A DNA stretch of 64,000 nucleotides from the NCBI GenBank assembly GCA_963847445.1, contig CAWJZV010000022.1:11205-75204 (forward strand). Reading direction: 5' to 3'. Below are positions 30,679 through 40,855 of this stretch, in pieces. Every line of letters starts with the position of its first letter. The first letter of the stretch is position 1. This DNA comes from an uncultured delta proteobacterium (lineage in GTDB: Bacteria > Desulfobacterota > Binatia > UBA9968). Below the pieces are notes generated by a model that worked only from the letters and a program-made list of their open reading frames with translations, did not search any database and was not told where the DNA came from. The position numbers and the translations under genes are program-made.

Positions 30679-30722
30679 TCGTGCTCGTGGTTCGTGTTCG
30701 TTCGCCGAGCTGATCGCGCTGT

Positions 30723-31586
30723 CTATTCCACCCGGGAGATTACGATTACTCCCGCGACCACCAGAATCGTTCCGACAATCGTTGCAAGATTGATTCGCTC
30801 GACTTCTCTGAGAAAGACAGCGCCGATCATCATCGTCCAGATTGGCACGGTCGCCGAAATTGGCGACACGATATAGACCGGTCCCGAGGCAAAGGCTATC
30901 AGCATGAAAAGCACGGCGAGGGTTTCGAATATTCCTGAAAGGACCAGCGGCCAAAAGGCCCGGCGATCCCAGACCAGTTTGTCCGTGCATGCCGGCGACG
31001 CGTAAAACGCGGCGAAGGATAACAGCGCGATCGGACCGACTAGAGCCGCCAGCAGCAGCGGCTCGTGTGACTGGATGAGCGCGTAGCGCCGCAGCGGATG
31101 GACGATGGTGGTCAGCAGCACGGTGGCGATGGGATAGAACAGATAAACCCAGCGGAACGAGGGCAAGTTGCGGTCCATGCGCCAGGAAGTCAGGACGATG
31201 CCGCCGACGACGAGCAGAGTCCCGGCCATGCCCAGTAGCGTCAGCGGCTCGCCGAGAAACACGATGCCGGCAATCACCGTGAGAAATGGATAGGAGTTGC
31301 GCAACGTCACCGCCCGCGAAGTGCCGATCTTATGGATGCCGGTGTAGTGGAAATGGCGAATGCCCGGCTGGAGCAGGCCGGTGATGGCGATGGCGACAAT
31401 TGCGCCGGTTGCGACCGGTGGAATCCCGCCAGTCACGAACACCGCGATCCAAAGTACGACGCTGTGGATCGCCAGCGACACGAAAGTCGCGGTAAGCGGC
31501 GTCGTAAAGCTGAAGCCACGTTTAACCGCAACATTGGAAGCGGCGAACGCGAGGGCGGTGAGGAGGGCGAAAATCTGCGCTTTCAT
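30723..31586 (-). CDS. DMT/EamA family transporter
   Basis: Two EamA-like repeats (FLGEPLT; FLREVER). Confidence 0.85.
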   Translation of the reverse strand: MKAQIFALLTALAFAASNVAVKRGFSFTTPLTATFVSLAIHSVVLWIAVFVTGGIPPVATGAIVAIAITGLLQPGIRHFHYTGIHKIGTSRAVTLRNSYPFLTVIAGIVFLGEPLTLLGMAGTLLVVGGIVLTSWRMDRNLPSFRWVYLFYPIATVLLTTIVHPLRRYALIQSHEPLLLAALVGPIALLSFAAFYASPACTDKLVWDRRAFWPLVLSGIFETLAVLFMLIAFASGPVYIVSPISATVPIWTMMIGAVFLREVERINLATIVGTILVVAGVIVISRVE

Positions 31587-31732
31587 GGGAGTGCTTTACG
31601 TCGATGTTGCGCTAATCTATAGCAGATCGAACTGCCGTGAAACTAGCGGATCGATCATGCGCGGCGATTGCAATGAGCGGTACAGCCGGAGTAAGAGTTG
31701 GCGCATCTGACGTTAGCCCACAGGAGGTTCCC

Positions 31733-32101
31733 ATGGCTTTTCGAATCAATCATCTGCATCTCAAAACCCCCGATCCGAAGAAGACCGCGGATTTCTACGT
31801 CGAGTACACCGGCGCGAAGATCGCCAAGGAGTCCACTCGCCCGGATGGCAGCAAGAATTATCGGCTCGATCTGCACGGCGTCGAACTCAACGTGACGCAG
31901 TTCCTCGACGAGCAAAAGCTCGATCAGTTCATGGGGCTTGAACATGTCGCCATCGATACCAACAACTTCGACGGCGAAGTGAACAAGATCAAAGCGGCGG
32001 GAATCAAGATTCTCGAAGAACGCGTGCTGCCGGACGGTAGGAGAGTTTGCTTTTTCGAAGGGCCGCAGGGGGTGCGGTTGGAATTTCTCGAATGGCGGTG
32101 A
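31733..32101 (+). CDS. VOC/glyoxalase family protein
   Basis: INHLHL, GLEHVAI, FFEGPQGVRLE; AGGAGG RBS. Confidence 0.85.
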   Translation: MAFRINHLHLKTPDPKKTADFYVEYTGAKIAKESTRPDGSKNYRLDLHGVELNVTQFLDEQKLDQFMGLEHVAIDTNNFDGEVNKIKAAGIKILEERVLPDGRRVCFFEGPQGVRLEFLEWR

Positions 32102-32110
32102 GGAAGACAA

Positions 32111-32188
32111 GGAGTGATGGAGTAATGGAGTGTTGGGTTTCCGAATCCGGACGCAATACTCCAGGACTCCACTACTCCAGCACTCCAA
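32111..32188. repeat. GGAGT octamer palindrome between convergent genes
   Basis: ggagtgatggagtaatggagtgttg ... caatactcc...actactccagcactcc. Confidence 0.85.
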
Positions 32189-32191
32189 TTC

Positions 32192-33310
32192 TCATCTATC
32201 CTTCAGCGCTCTCTCCAGCGGCCCATTCTCCCTGAACGGTTCGGGCCAGCCGATGTATTCTTTAAAGTCGGGGCGGGCTTTGACCAGGTCGAGGATGACG
32301 TTTTGGATGCCTTTGTCGGGGACGATGGGGTTGGACTTGAATAGCTTGGCGTAGGCTTGCACCGTGCGTTTGGTGATCGCGGCGTCTTTTTCGCGCATCC
32401 ATTTGGCGAAGGATTTCTCAGCGAAGCGTTGATCTTTCTTGATCAGTTGAATTCCCGCGACGTAGGCGCGCAAAAAGTCTTCTGTCAGCTTGGGTTCGGC
32501 GCGGATAAAGGCGCGGCTGCTGGTAACGCAGGACGATGGATAGACCAGGTCGGTGTTGCTCAAGTCGACGAGCACGGGCCAACCTTTCTGCAAGAACGGC
32601 ATGGCATAGCGCGTGGTCAGCGCGGCGGCGGCGATGACGCCGCGTTCCAACGCCAGCGCCATCTCTGGGCCTGCGCCCATTTGTAAAACTGTCATGTCTT
32701 TTTCGGGATTCAGACCGACGTGTTTGAGCGCGGCGCGCAGATAGAAGTGCGTCGTCGAGCCGTAGCGGGTGACGGCGCTGGACAAGCCTTTGAGTTCTTG
32801 GGGCGACTTAATTTCCGGCCGGGTGATCAAATAGACAGGATCGGTGTCGACCGGACAAGCGAGCAGGATCACGTCGCCGCCGGCGGCCCGCGCGGCAACC
32901 ACGGATTCCGCGCCAACTCCCGAGAACGGCAGGTCGCCGGTGATGATCGCAAGCGCGATGAGCGAGCCGCCGCGAATCTGCACCGGCTCGACGTTCATCC
33001 CCGCTTTCTCGAACAAGCCGGCATCCTTAGTGACCCAAATGGGCAGGTGGGCTGGCGACGCGGTGGTGCCGTAGAGGATGCGGCGGAGCTCCTGGGATTG
33101 GGCGGGCGACGGATTCAGCACGGCACTGAGTAGCGCGAGCCATAACCAGAGCGAACGGCGTGCGTGAAATTTTCTTTTTTCGGAACCCTCACCGAAAGAG
33201 CCCTCACCCTGGCCCCTTCGACTTCGCTCAGGACAGGCTTCTCCCGGAGGTCGCGGGGATCGGAGACGAGCGGCGAGGGCCAATCGAATTTTGCGTCTGC
33301 GAGCCAACAT
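32192..33310 (-). CDS. NMT1/SsuA-like ABC substrate-binding protein with repeat-derived N-terminal insert
   Basis: HLPIWVTKDAGLFEKAG; ATG overlaps the upstream stop (TAATG). Confidence 0.85.
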   Translation of the reverse strand: MLARRRKIRLALAARLRSPRPPGEACPERSRRGQGEGSFGEGSEKRKFHARRSLWLWLALLSAVLNPSPAQSQELRRILYGTTASPAHLPIWVTKDAGLFEKAGMNVEPVQIRGGSLIALAIITGDLPFSGVGAESVVAARAAGGDVILLACPVDTDPVYLITRPEIKSPQELKGLSSAVTRYGSTTHFYLRAALKHVGLNPEKDMTVLQMGAGPEMALALERGVIAAAALTTRYAMPFLQKGWPVLVDLSNTDLVYPSSCVTSSRAFIRAEPKLTEDFLRAYVAGIQLIKKDQRFAEKSFAKWMREKDAAITKRTVQAYAKLFKSNPIVPDKGIQNVILDLVKARPDFKEYIGWPEPFRENGPLERALKDR

Positions 33311-34290
33311 TATTTTCCTAAGGCACGCTCCAGTGGTCCGTGGTCGCGGAATAGTTCATAGCGGCCGACAAATTCCTTGGGCACGTTACGCCGACCTTGC
33401 AGATCTTTGATGACGTTTTCCAGCCCTTTGTCGGGGACGTTGGGCACCGGCTTGAATAATTTGGCGTAGGCTTCGACGGTCTTGCGCACCAGCACCAGAT
33501 CTCTTTCGCGCAGCCATTTGGCCAAGGATTTTTCTGCGAAGGCAGAATCGCTGCGAATCAGTTGGATGCCGGCGACATAGGCGCGCAGAAAATTTTCGAC
33601 GAGCTTGGGTTCGGACTTGACATAGCTTCTACTGCTCGCAACACAAGACGACGGGTAGACCAGATCGGTGGTGCTCAGGTCGACGAGCAGCGGCCAGCCC
33701 TTCTGCAAGAAGGGCAAGGCGTAGCGGTGAGTGATCGCCGCTGCCGCGATGCGGCCATTCTCCAGCGCCGACACGGTTTCGCTGCCGGTGCCCAGTTGCA
33801 AAATCGTCATGTCCTTTTCCGGGTCGAGACCGACATGACGCGCGGCCGCGCGCATGTAGAAATGGGTCGTCGAGCCCAAGCGCGTCACCGCCGTGGCTTT
33901 GCCTTTTAATTCAGCGACCGATTTTATCTCCGGCCGAGTGATGAAATAGACCGGATCGGAGTCCACCGGGCAGGCGAGCAGGACAACATCGCCGCCTTCG
34001 ATGCGCGCGGCGACTATCGATTCCGCGCCGGCGCCGGAGAACTGCAACTGCCCACTCATGATGCCCATCGTAATCAGCGCGCCGCCGCGGATCTGCACCG
34101 GCTCGACATTCAATCCCTGCTTGGCAAAAAAGCCAGCGTCCTTGGCCACCCAGATCGGCAGGTGCGCGGTGGATGCGGTGGTGCCGTAGTGGATGCGGCG
34201 CAGCTCTTGAGCTGGCGATGATTCGGAGAATAGGACCGATCCGACGGATAGGACGAACAGGACCAACGCTCCATGAATACCGACTGGCAT
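33310..34290 (-). CDS. NMT1/SsuA-like ABC substrate-binding protein (tandem paralog)
   Basis: HLPIWVAKDAGFFAKQG; colinear with 32192-33310. Confidence 0.85.
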   Translation of the reverse strand: MPVGIHGALVLFVLSVGSVLFSESSPAQELRRIHYGTTASTAHLPIWVAKDAGFFAKQGLNVEPVQIRGGALITMGIMSGQLQFSGAGAESIVAARIEGGDVVLLACPVDSDPVYFITRPEIKSVAELKGKATAVTRLGSTTHFYMRAAARHVGLDPEKDMTILQLGTGSETVSALENGRIAAAAITHRYALPFLQKGWPLLVDLSTTDLVYPSSCVASSRSYVKSEPKLVENFLRAYVAGIQLIRSDSAFAEKSLAKWLRERDLVLVRKTVEAYAKLFKPVPNVPDKGLENVIKDLQGRRNVPKEFVGRYELFRDHGPLERALGK

Positions 34291-34312
34291 GTTTCGACCT
34301 CTTTGCTCGGCT

Positions 34313-34783
34313 TTACTTGCCAAAGCACTTCGCTTCGGCGCCTTCTTGATCGAAGGGTACGAACTGGTTGATACCGGGGCCGCGGATTGCGGGTTTTTCG
34401 CCGTCGTCGAACAACGCATTAGCATTGTCGCCGGCGCGGCCGCCGATGAGGCCGGGCGCGTGGGCTTCGGCCACCGTGGCGTCTTTGTCCGAGCGATTGA
34501 ACGCCCAGTGCACGGTGTTGGCGGGGATGCGGTGAAAATCGCCCTTTTTACAGAGATAACCGTGGTCTTTGACGAAGAACCAGATCTCGCCGTCCATGAC
34601 GTAATTGATCTGTTCCGACTCATGCTGATGCGGCTTGGTATGATAGCCAGGGCGGCGCGTGGCGATCATCAGGCTGCACTCGTTGCCGTAACCCTTGCGC
34701 ACGACCATCTGGCCGGTGCCGGCCTCACCGCTTTGATCCCGTTGGTATTCCTGCATCTCGCTAGCTTTGACATGTAACGGCAT
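34313..34783 (-). CDS. Cupin domain protein
   Basis: PHQHESEQ...IPANTVH. Confidence 0.85.
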   Translation of the reverse strand: MPLHVKASEMQEYQRDQSGEAGTGQMVVRKGYGNECSLMIATRRPGYHTKPHQHESEQINYVMDGEIWFFVKDHGYLCKKGDFHRIPANTVHWAFNRSDKDATVAEAHAPGLIGGRAGDNANALFDDGEKPAIRGPGINQFVPFDQEGAEAKCFGK

Positions 34784-34922
34784 GGTTGCCTCCTTAGATA
34801 TTCAAGATGGTGAATTGGTACGCCAAGTCCGGGGGAGCGTCAAGCGCTCTGCGTTGGTATGGCTGAAAGTTTGGGTTACTCGCGCAAATTGTCGGGGCGA
34901 ATATTCGCGGATTCGGATAGTC

Positions 34923-35068
34923 CTCCCGCAAAGGCGCCAAGGCGCCAAGTGACAGGCCAGAGGCTGTCCTCCGAAGTGACTGCGAGGGATCTAGGAAAGA
35001 TTTCTCTCGTCCGTTCGAAATGACAACGCCTATCCTCATACGTCCTGGCGCCTTTGCGGGAGATATTC
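34923..35068. repeat. MITE/REP-like family A
   Basis: Terminal inverted CTCCCGCAAAGGCGCC...GGCGCCTTTGCGGGAG; reverse complement aligns with 41456-41625. Confidence 0.85.
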
Positions 35069-35159
35069 CGGTTCCGAATCGTGTCGGTTGCGGCTATGCC
35101 GCGCCAGGTAAAATCATCGCCATTGACATGCCGCGACGACGGCAGTAAATCCAAAGGCT

Positions 35160-36134
35160 ATGACGGCGCAATTAATCATCGCAGCGGTTTTGCTCTTAAC
35201 CTTGCCGCGGTTCTCGTCGGCGCAGAAACTGCTCTTGGCTCATGTGGCGATCAATCCGGGGCAAAGCATGTTTCATGTCGCCAAGGACTCGGGGATTCTC
35301 GCCAAATACGGCTTTTCGGCGGATGTAGTGCTGATCCCGGGGACGCCGCGGACAATCCAAGCCCTGATCGCCGGCGACCTGGATTACGTCCTCGCCGGCG
35401 CCCCGGCCTCGCTCCGCGCCCGCGCTCAGGGCGCCGACGTTACGATTCTTTCGACTCTGTCGAGTTATTCTTCGCAGCGCGTGTTCGTCAGGCCGGATTC
35501 GAAGTTGACGAGCTTTAATGAATTGAAAGGCAAAATTATCGGCGTCACGCAGTATGGTTCGGGCGGCGATACTTTTCTGCGCGCGGCGCTGCGCAAATCC
35601 GGCATTAAAGAACCTGAAGTGACGATTCTTCAGATGGGCGGGACGCCGGGTGTGGCTCAAGGCTTGGAGTCGGGACGAATCGAGGTCGGCGTGCTCGGCG
35701 ACTCAGGCTTGCTACTGGTGTTTCGCGGCAGGGCCAAACCCTTGAAAGGCGCGAGCGCGCGGGAAATGGGCTTCCGCGGCACCGACGCTCCGCTGACGAC
35801 GACCGATCGAAAGATCAAGAGCGATCGCGCCGGCGTCGTCCGCTTCATGCAGGCTTATCTTGAAACGATACACTATTTCCAAACCAACAAGGCTGGGACG
35901 GCGCGCATCTTGAAAAAATACATGGGCGGCACCAGCGAGGAAGATATCTCGCTGTGGTGCGACGATCTGCGCGGAATCCTCAAACCGGTGCCCTATGCCG
36001 ACGAGGAGGCGCTGCGCGCTGAGCTGGAGATGATGAACATACCGGGAAACCAAATCCCCGCCGGCTATATCAACAATAGTATTCTCGACGAGTTAAAAAA
36101 GAGTGGGTTCATAGACAAACTGTGGAAAAACTAA
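35160..36134 (+). CDS. NMT1/SsuA-like ABC substrate-binding protein
   Basis: VAKDSGILAKYG, ELKGKIIGVTQYGS. Confidence 0.85.
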   Translation: MTAQLIIAAVLLLTLPRFSSAQKLLLAHVAINPGQSMFHVAKDSGILAKYGFSADVVLIPGTPRTIQALIAGDLDYVLAGAPASLRARAQGADVTILSTLSSYSSQRVFVRPDSKLTSFNELKGKIIGVTQYGSGGDTFLRAALRKSGIKEPEVTILQMGGTPGVAQGLESGRIEVGVLGDSGLLLVFRGRAKPLKGASAREMGFRGTDAPLTTTDRKIKSDRAGVVRFMQAYLETIHYFQTNKAGTARILKKYMGGTSEEDISLWCDDLRGILKPVPYADEEALRAELEMMNIPGNQIPAGYINNSILDELKKSGFIDKLWKN

Positions 36135-36151
36135 AAAGGAGGATTAGGACC

Positions 36152-36517
36152 ATGGGAAAGATCAGACATATCGCGATCAAGGTGGAGGATCAGGAGAAGG
36201 CGGCCAATTTTTATAAGCAGACCTTCGGCATGACTGAAGCCTGGCGCGGCCCGGTGCGCGACGACGGCAATCGGGCGATTTACTTGACCGACGGTTACAT
36301 CAACATGGCGGTGCTGCCGGCGCGCGGCGGCCGCGAAGGCATCGATCATTTCGGTTTCCAGGTGGAAGACTTGGATGGGACGCTAAAAAGCGCTCAAGCC
36401 TCCGGCGCGAAAGCCGACGCAGAGGTGAAGCCAAAAGACGGCCGCTTCGCCGAGATGGGCGTGCATGATCCGGTGGGACAGTTGGTCGATGTCACGGTGC
36501 ATGGCTGGAAGTCATAG
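36152..36517 (+). CDS. VOC/glyoxalase family protein
   Basis: KIRHIAI, LTDGYINMA, IDHFGFQV. Confidence 0.85.
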   Translation: MGKIRHIAIKVEDQEKAANFYKQTFGMTEAWRGPVRDDGNRAIYLTDGYINMAVLPARGGREGIDHFGFQVEDLDGTLKSAQASGAKADAEVKPKDGRFAEMGVHDPVGQLVDVTVHGWKS

Positions 36518-36561
36518 CGAAAACGCAGCAGGCAACAGGCAAGAGTAGGCGCAGAGCAAGC

Positions 36562-36721
36562 GTGAGTGAAAATTTTTTCACTGGCGCTGTGTTCTAGCTC
36601 TGAACTTTGCCACCGGGGCGCAGCCGATCAAGTTCGAGTTCATTAAGAATTTGCCAGCGGCCAAACAGATCGTCAGACGATACTGCTGAATGTGTTGGTG
36701 CGGGCGGGTAGGGTGATCAGA
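36562..36721 (+). pseudogene. Internally deleted relic of an ABC_sub_bind (PF04392-type) SBP gene
   Basis: Signal-peptide-like start joined at AQP to KFEFIKNLPAAKQI..TILLNVLVRAGRVIR, resembling the family C-terminus. Confidence 0.6.
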
Positions 36722-36741
36722 TCAGGAAGGCGACAGGTAAT

Positions 36742-36800
36742 GGTAGGGTGGACTTATGTGTCCGCTCGTTCGGAGGGCCGACACGCAGGTCGGCCCCTAC
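36742..36800. repeat. GTAG-type REP doublet
   Basis: gtagggtggac ... gggccgacacgcaggtcggcccctac. Confidence 0.65.
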
Positions 36801-36929
36801 ACTGATCAGCCTCCGGCTGAAACAGCATGAGAAACCGTAGGCATGGACGTTACGGCGAGGTGATGAGGTGATTGTGGATTACGTGGAAGGTTTTGTCGTG
36901 AAGAGTTTGAGCCAGATAAAAAGTCACGC

Positions 36930-37913
36930 TTGGTTACCATCGTTGCCGGGCTCCTCTGTTTGGTCAGCAGCCAAGCCAGCGCGGCCGAGCCGACGAAAGT
37001 GTTGATCGCCCATGGCGCGATCAGCAATAACGTCGAGCCGCTGTGGATCGCCAAGGAGCAGGGGATTTTTCGGAAATACGGCATTGATGCAGAGCTGGTG
37101 TTCATCATCGCCGGGCGGGCGATGCAGGCGATGTTGGCCGGACAGGTTCCCGTCGGACTGGTCGGCGGCACCCATGTCGTCAACGCCAATACCGGCGGCG
37201 GCGATTTCTCGATGGTTCTCGGCTTGGAGAACCAGCTTGATTATTGGTTTATCGCGAAATCAACCATCAAGAGCGGCGAAGATCTTAAAGGTAAGAAAGT
37301 CGGCATCGGCACGCCAGCAGGTTCGGCGTCGTTAGCGGCCTATGTTTCTATGGATTATCTTGGCCTGGTGCCGCGGCGCGACAACATTGTGCTGCTCGGC
37401 GTCGGCGGCGTTCCCGAGCGCATGAGTGCATTACGTTCCGGCAGTGTCGACGCGACCACTTTATCTCCAGAGATTGGCCAACAGGTGTTGGGCGACGGCT
37501 ATCGTGTGTTGGTCGATTTGGGAAAAGAAAACGTGCAGTTCCAATCCTCGGGACTGGTCTTTTCGCGCAGCTGGATGAAGAACAATCCACAATTGGTCGA
37601 AAACATTACCAAGGCGACGGTTGAAGGCACGGCGTTTGTTCACAAACCCGCCAATAAAGAGGTCGTGCTCAAAAGCCTCGGGCGTAATTTGCGCTTGACC
37701 AAGCCCGATCAGATGGAGAAGGCGTACCAGGGTTTGATCGGCGCATTGCCGAAACGGCCTTGTCCATCCATCGAGGGCATGAACGCGGTGGTAAAGCTGA
37801 TGGTGCAGCATGGCATCAACACCAAAGCGGCGCAGCTGAAAGCCGAGGAGCAGTTGGATATGAGCTTTTGCAAAAGATTCGAGGACAGCGGGTTTTTCAA
37901 AAGTTTGTATTAA
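36930..37913 (+). CDS. NMT1/SsuA-like ABC substrate-binding protein
   Basis: PLWIAKEQGIFRKYGIDAE, DLKGKKVG; start uncertain. Confidence 0.85.
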   Translation: MVTIVAGLLCLVSSQASAAEPTKVLIAHGAISNNVEPLWIAKEQGIFRKYGIDAELVFIIAGRAMQAMLAGQVPVGLVGGTHVVNANTGGGDFSMVLGLENQLDYWFIAKSTIKSGEDLKGKKVGIGTPAGSASLAAYVSMDYLGLVPRRDNIVLLGVGGVPERMSALRSGSVDATTLSPEIGQQVLGDGYRVLVDLGKENVQFQSSGLVFSRSWMKNNPQLVENITKATVEGTAFVHKPANKEVVLKSLGRNLRLTKPDQMEKAYQGLIGALPKRPCPSIEGMNAVVKLMVQHGINTKAAQLKAEEQLDMSFCKRFEDSGFFKSLY

Positions 37914-38121
37914 ACGCGGGCTATTATTAGTGTAGTGGAGTCATACATCATCGCCTACCAATCGCCGACGGAAGAACCGTTGGGAGCGCGATCGAAAAGA
38001 TAGCATCGAAGATTGCCGAGTTTCGCGACAGAGACTCGCCGACGTTGTCGATAAATCCATCCTCAGCGAGCGCGACCGCGAGGGATTTTTTACCCAACTC
38101 GCCAGCAAGTACGGCAAATAA

Positions 38122-38200
38122 TAGTAAGGAGCAAAAAAGTAAGGAGTTAGGGGTTCCGAACCGGAACTCCTTACTCCCTGATGCTCACTCCTTACTCTCT
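38122..38200. repeat. AGTAAGG-unit palindrome
   Basis: agtaaggag...agtaaggag ... ctccttact...ctccttact. Confidence 0.75.
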
Positions 38201-38274
38201 CACCTTATTGACCTGCCGGGATCGATCGGATATTCCATTCAGATTGTTTGATTACAAGAGGAGAGTTTTACCGT

Positions 38275-39885
38275 ATGCCGTATTTCGATTTACATCAGCA
38301 TCTGAAGAATCTCGAAGAGCATGGACTGCTCCGGCGCATCACGCGCTTGATCAACAAGGACACGGAACTCCATCCCTTGGTTCGTTGGCAGTACCGTGGC
38401 TTGGCGGAAGAAGATCGCCGAGCCTGGCTCTTTGAGAACGTCACCGATGCCAAAGGACGCAAGTACGACATGCCCGTCGTCGTCGGCGCTTTGGCGGGAA
38501 AGCCGGAGATCTATTATCTCGGCATGGGCTGCAACAGCGGCGAAGAGATGGACGCGATGTGGAAAAAAGCTCTGGCCGAGCCGATCAATCCCATCGCCGT
38601 GACCAACGCCAAGTGCCAGGAAGTCGTCATCCAAGGCAATGAGCTCGACAAAGAAGGCAACGGTCTCGACCGCTTCCCGGTGCCGATCTCGACGCCGGGT
38701 TTCGACAACGGACCCTACACGACTTGCTCGCACTGGATCACCGCGGATCTCGACACCGGGATTCAAAACATCGGCAACTACCGCGGCGAGATCAAAGCCG
38801 GCAAGCGCGTCGGTGTGTTTCCGTCGGGCTTGGGCCAGGATATTTATCTGCATTGGCAGAAGGCGGTGCAGAAGGGCGTTCATTTACCCGCTGCGCTGGT
38901 GATCGGCGCGCCGCCGATCGTGTCCTATGTCTCGGTGCAAAAGATTCCCTACGGCGTCGATGAGATGGGCGTGGCCGGCGGTCTGGCCGGCGAGCCGATC
39001 CCGATGGTCAAATGTAAAACCCACGACATCATGGTGCCGGCGGATGCCGAGATCGTCATCGAGGGTTATTTGAACACGGAGTTCATCGAGCCCGAAGGGC
39101 CGTTCGGCGAATCTCACGGCTACATGCATCCGCGCCAGTTGAATCCGTTCATGGACGTGACCGCGATCACTTATCGTAAGGACGCGATCTACACTTCGTG
39201 GCTGAGTCAATTGACGCCGAGCGAATCCTCGGTCATCCGCAAAATCGGCTACGACCGCTTGATGCTGGTGCATCTGCGCGACGAGTGCCGCATTACTTCG
39301 GTTTTGCGGGTCGAAATGCACGAGCCGCTGACCAACACGTACAAGCTGGTGATCATTCAAATGCGCAAGCCCAATGAAGCGGAAGTGTGGCGCGCGTTGC
39401 ACGCCGCCTGCTCGTTTCATCCCGGCGTCGGCAAGATCGTCGTCGCGGTGGACGAAGATATCGACCCGTCCAACGAAGCCGCGGTTTTCTGGGCGATGTG
39501 CTATCGCATGAAACCGCACAAGGATGTGCACATCGTCCCTGGCATGGAAAAGGGCCACGCGCCACCGTTTCTGTACGAGCATGAGGTCAAGGGCACCGAC
39601 GTGGTGTCGTACCATTTGCCGGCGGATGAGTCGGCGATGCTGTGCAACGCAATCTTGAAGGAACCGTTTCCTCCGGTGTCGCTGCCCAAGCGCGAGTATA
39701 TGGAGAACGCGCGCAAGATCTGGGAAGAGCTGGAACTGCCCAAGCTGCGTCCACAGATGCCATGGTTCGGCTACTCGCTCGGCCAGTGGAGCGATGAGCT
39801 CGATAAAGAAGCGCAGCTGGCCGTCGAAGGCCGCCACTTTGAAACCGGCGAGAAGTTGAAACAGCTCCGGGTCAAGGTTCGATAA
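38275..39885 (+). CDS. UbiD family (de)carboxylase
   Basis: VPADAEIVIEG, EGPFGESHGY, VDEDIDP. Confidence 0.9.
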   Translation: MPYFDLHQHLKNLEEHGLLRRITRLINKDTELHPLVRWQYRGLAEEDRRAWLFENVTDAKGRKYDMPVVVGALAGKPEIYYLGMGCNSGEEMDAMWKKALAEPINPIAVTNAKCQEVVIQGNELDKEGNGLDRFPVPISTPGFDNGPYTTCSHWITADLDTGIQNIGNYRGEIKAGKRVGVFPSGLGQDIYLHWQKAVQKGVHLPAALVIGAPPIVSYVSVQKIPYGVDEMGVAGGLAGEPIPMVKCKTHDIMVPADAEIVIEGYLNTEFIEPEGPFGESHGYMHPRQLNPFMDVTAITYRKDAIYTSWLSQLTPSESSVIRKIGYDRLMLVHLRDECRITSVLRVEMHEPLTNTYKLVIIQMRKPNEAEVWRALHAACSFHPGVGKIVVAVDEDIDPSNEAAVFWAMCYRMKPHKDVHIVPGMEKGHAPPFLYEHEVKGTDVVSYHLPADESAMLCNAILKEPFPPVSLPKREYMENARKIWEELELPKLRPQMPWFGYSLGQWSDELDKEAQLAVEGRHFETGEKLKQLRVKVR

Positions 39886-39905
39886 GATAGTTGACAGTTG
39901 TCGGC

Positions 39906-39945
39906 AAAACCCGCCGTGGCTCAAACGAGCCCGGCGGGTTTTTTT
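39906..39945 (+). terminator. Rho-independent terminator
   Basis: AAAACCCGCCG...CGGCGGGTTTTTTT downstream of the UbiD-family gene. Confidence 0.8.
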
Positions 39946-40020
39946 GTCGGGGGGGAATGGCCGCAGAGAACGCAAAGGGCGCAAAAAATATTCTGTATCC
40001 GAAGAAGCGAAGATTGTGTT

Positions 40021-40098
40021 CACCACGAAGGACACGAAGATCACGAAGTTCGGAAAATTGGTTCTCTGAAACCTTCGTGTCCTTCGTGCCTTCGTGGT
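40021..40098. repeat. CACGAAG-unit palindrome
   Basis: caccacgaaggacacgaagatcacgaag ... cttcgtgtccttcgtgccttcgtggtg. Confidence 0.85.
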
Positions 40099-40146
40099 GG
40101 GAAAGTCTTTTTGTTTATAGACGAGAAAACGTATGACCTGCGTATT

Positions 40147-40741
40147 TCAGCCGGTGATCTCGTAGGGCACGTTGGTCGGCCCTTCGAGTCGGCGGTAGGC
40201 GCCGGTTTCAAAATTGTAATTGCCCTGCAAGACTTTGCCGGCGACGCGCTCGGAGCGCAGGATCAGGCCGTAGGACTTTGCCGGGCCGCCTTGCTCGGCG
40301 TGGATGTCGAAGGGCGGCACCAAGTCGACTTTGCCGGGCGTGCCTTGGGTGATGCTTTCGATTTCTAGTTTGGCGTAGCCTTCTTTGCTGCCGTCGTCGA
40401 CGCGGCGGTAGCGCTCCAAGCGTTTCCGTGCCTTCGAGCAGTCCGTAGGCGGTCCAGGAGTGGGCGTGATCGTGGATGCTGCCTTTGCGATCGGCGCCGT
40501 GGACCACGCCGTTGATGGCAAAGCCATAGTCGGGGTCTTCGTAGAAAAGCAGATTGCGCCGGCCGCCGTCGGTGTCGGGCCAAGTTTTGCAGCTCTGCCG
40601 CATGGACTCGTCCTTGACCAGTGCTTCAAGCAAGTCGCGACCTCTTTTCATGCGCGCTTCGGTATCGGGAAGCGCCGCCCAGGCTGCCCGTAATTCTTGA
40701 ATGAACTTTTCAAAAGCTGGGAGTCTCTTCGCGGTCGACAT
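40147..40741 (-). CDS. Cysteine/thiol dioxygenase-like cupin (frameshift ~40420)
   Basis: IHDHAHSWTAYGLLEGTE, PPFDIH. Confidence 0.7.
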
Positions 40742-40763
40742 CGACCTCGCGATAGGGAAGATT

Positions 40764-40844
40764 CACCGCAGAGAATACAGAGTTCGCAGAGTTCGGAAAA
40801 CCATTCAAGAAATCTTACTCTGCGTCCTCAGCGTCTCTGCGGTG
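40764..40844. repeat. CGCAGAG-unit palindrome
   Basis: caccgcagag...cgcagag ... ctctgcg...ctctgcggtg. Confidence 0.8.
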
Positions 40845-40855
40845 CAACTCCGATC

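Noticed and set aside
38884-40044. Long antisense ORFs (also 20779-21936, 16356-17195, 59047-59835)
   Set aside because: Shadow frames of real high-GC genes with no motifs.
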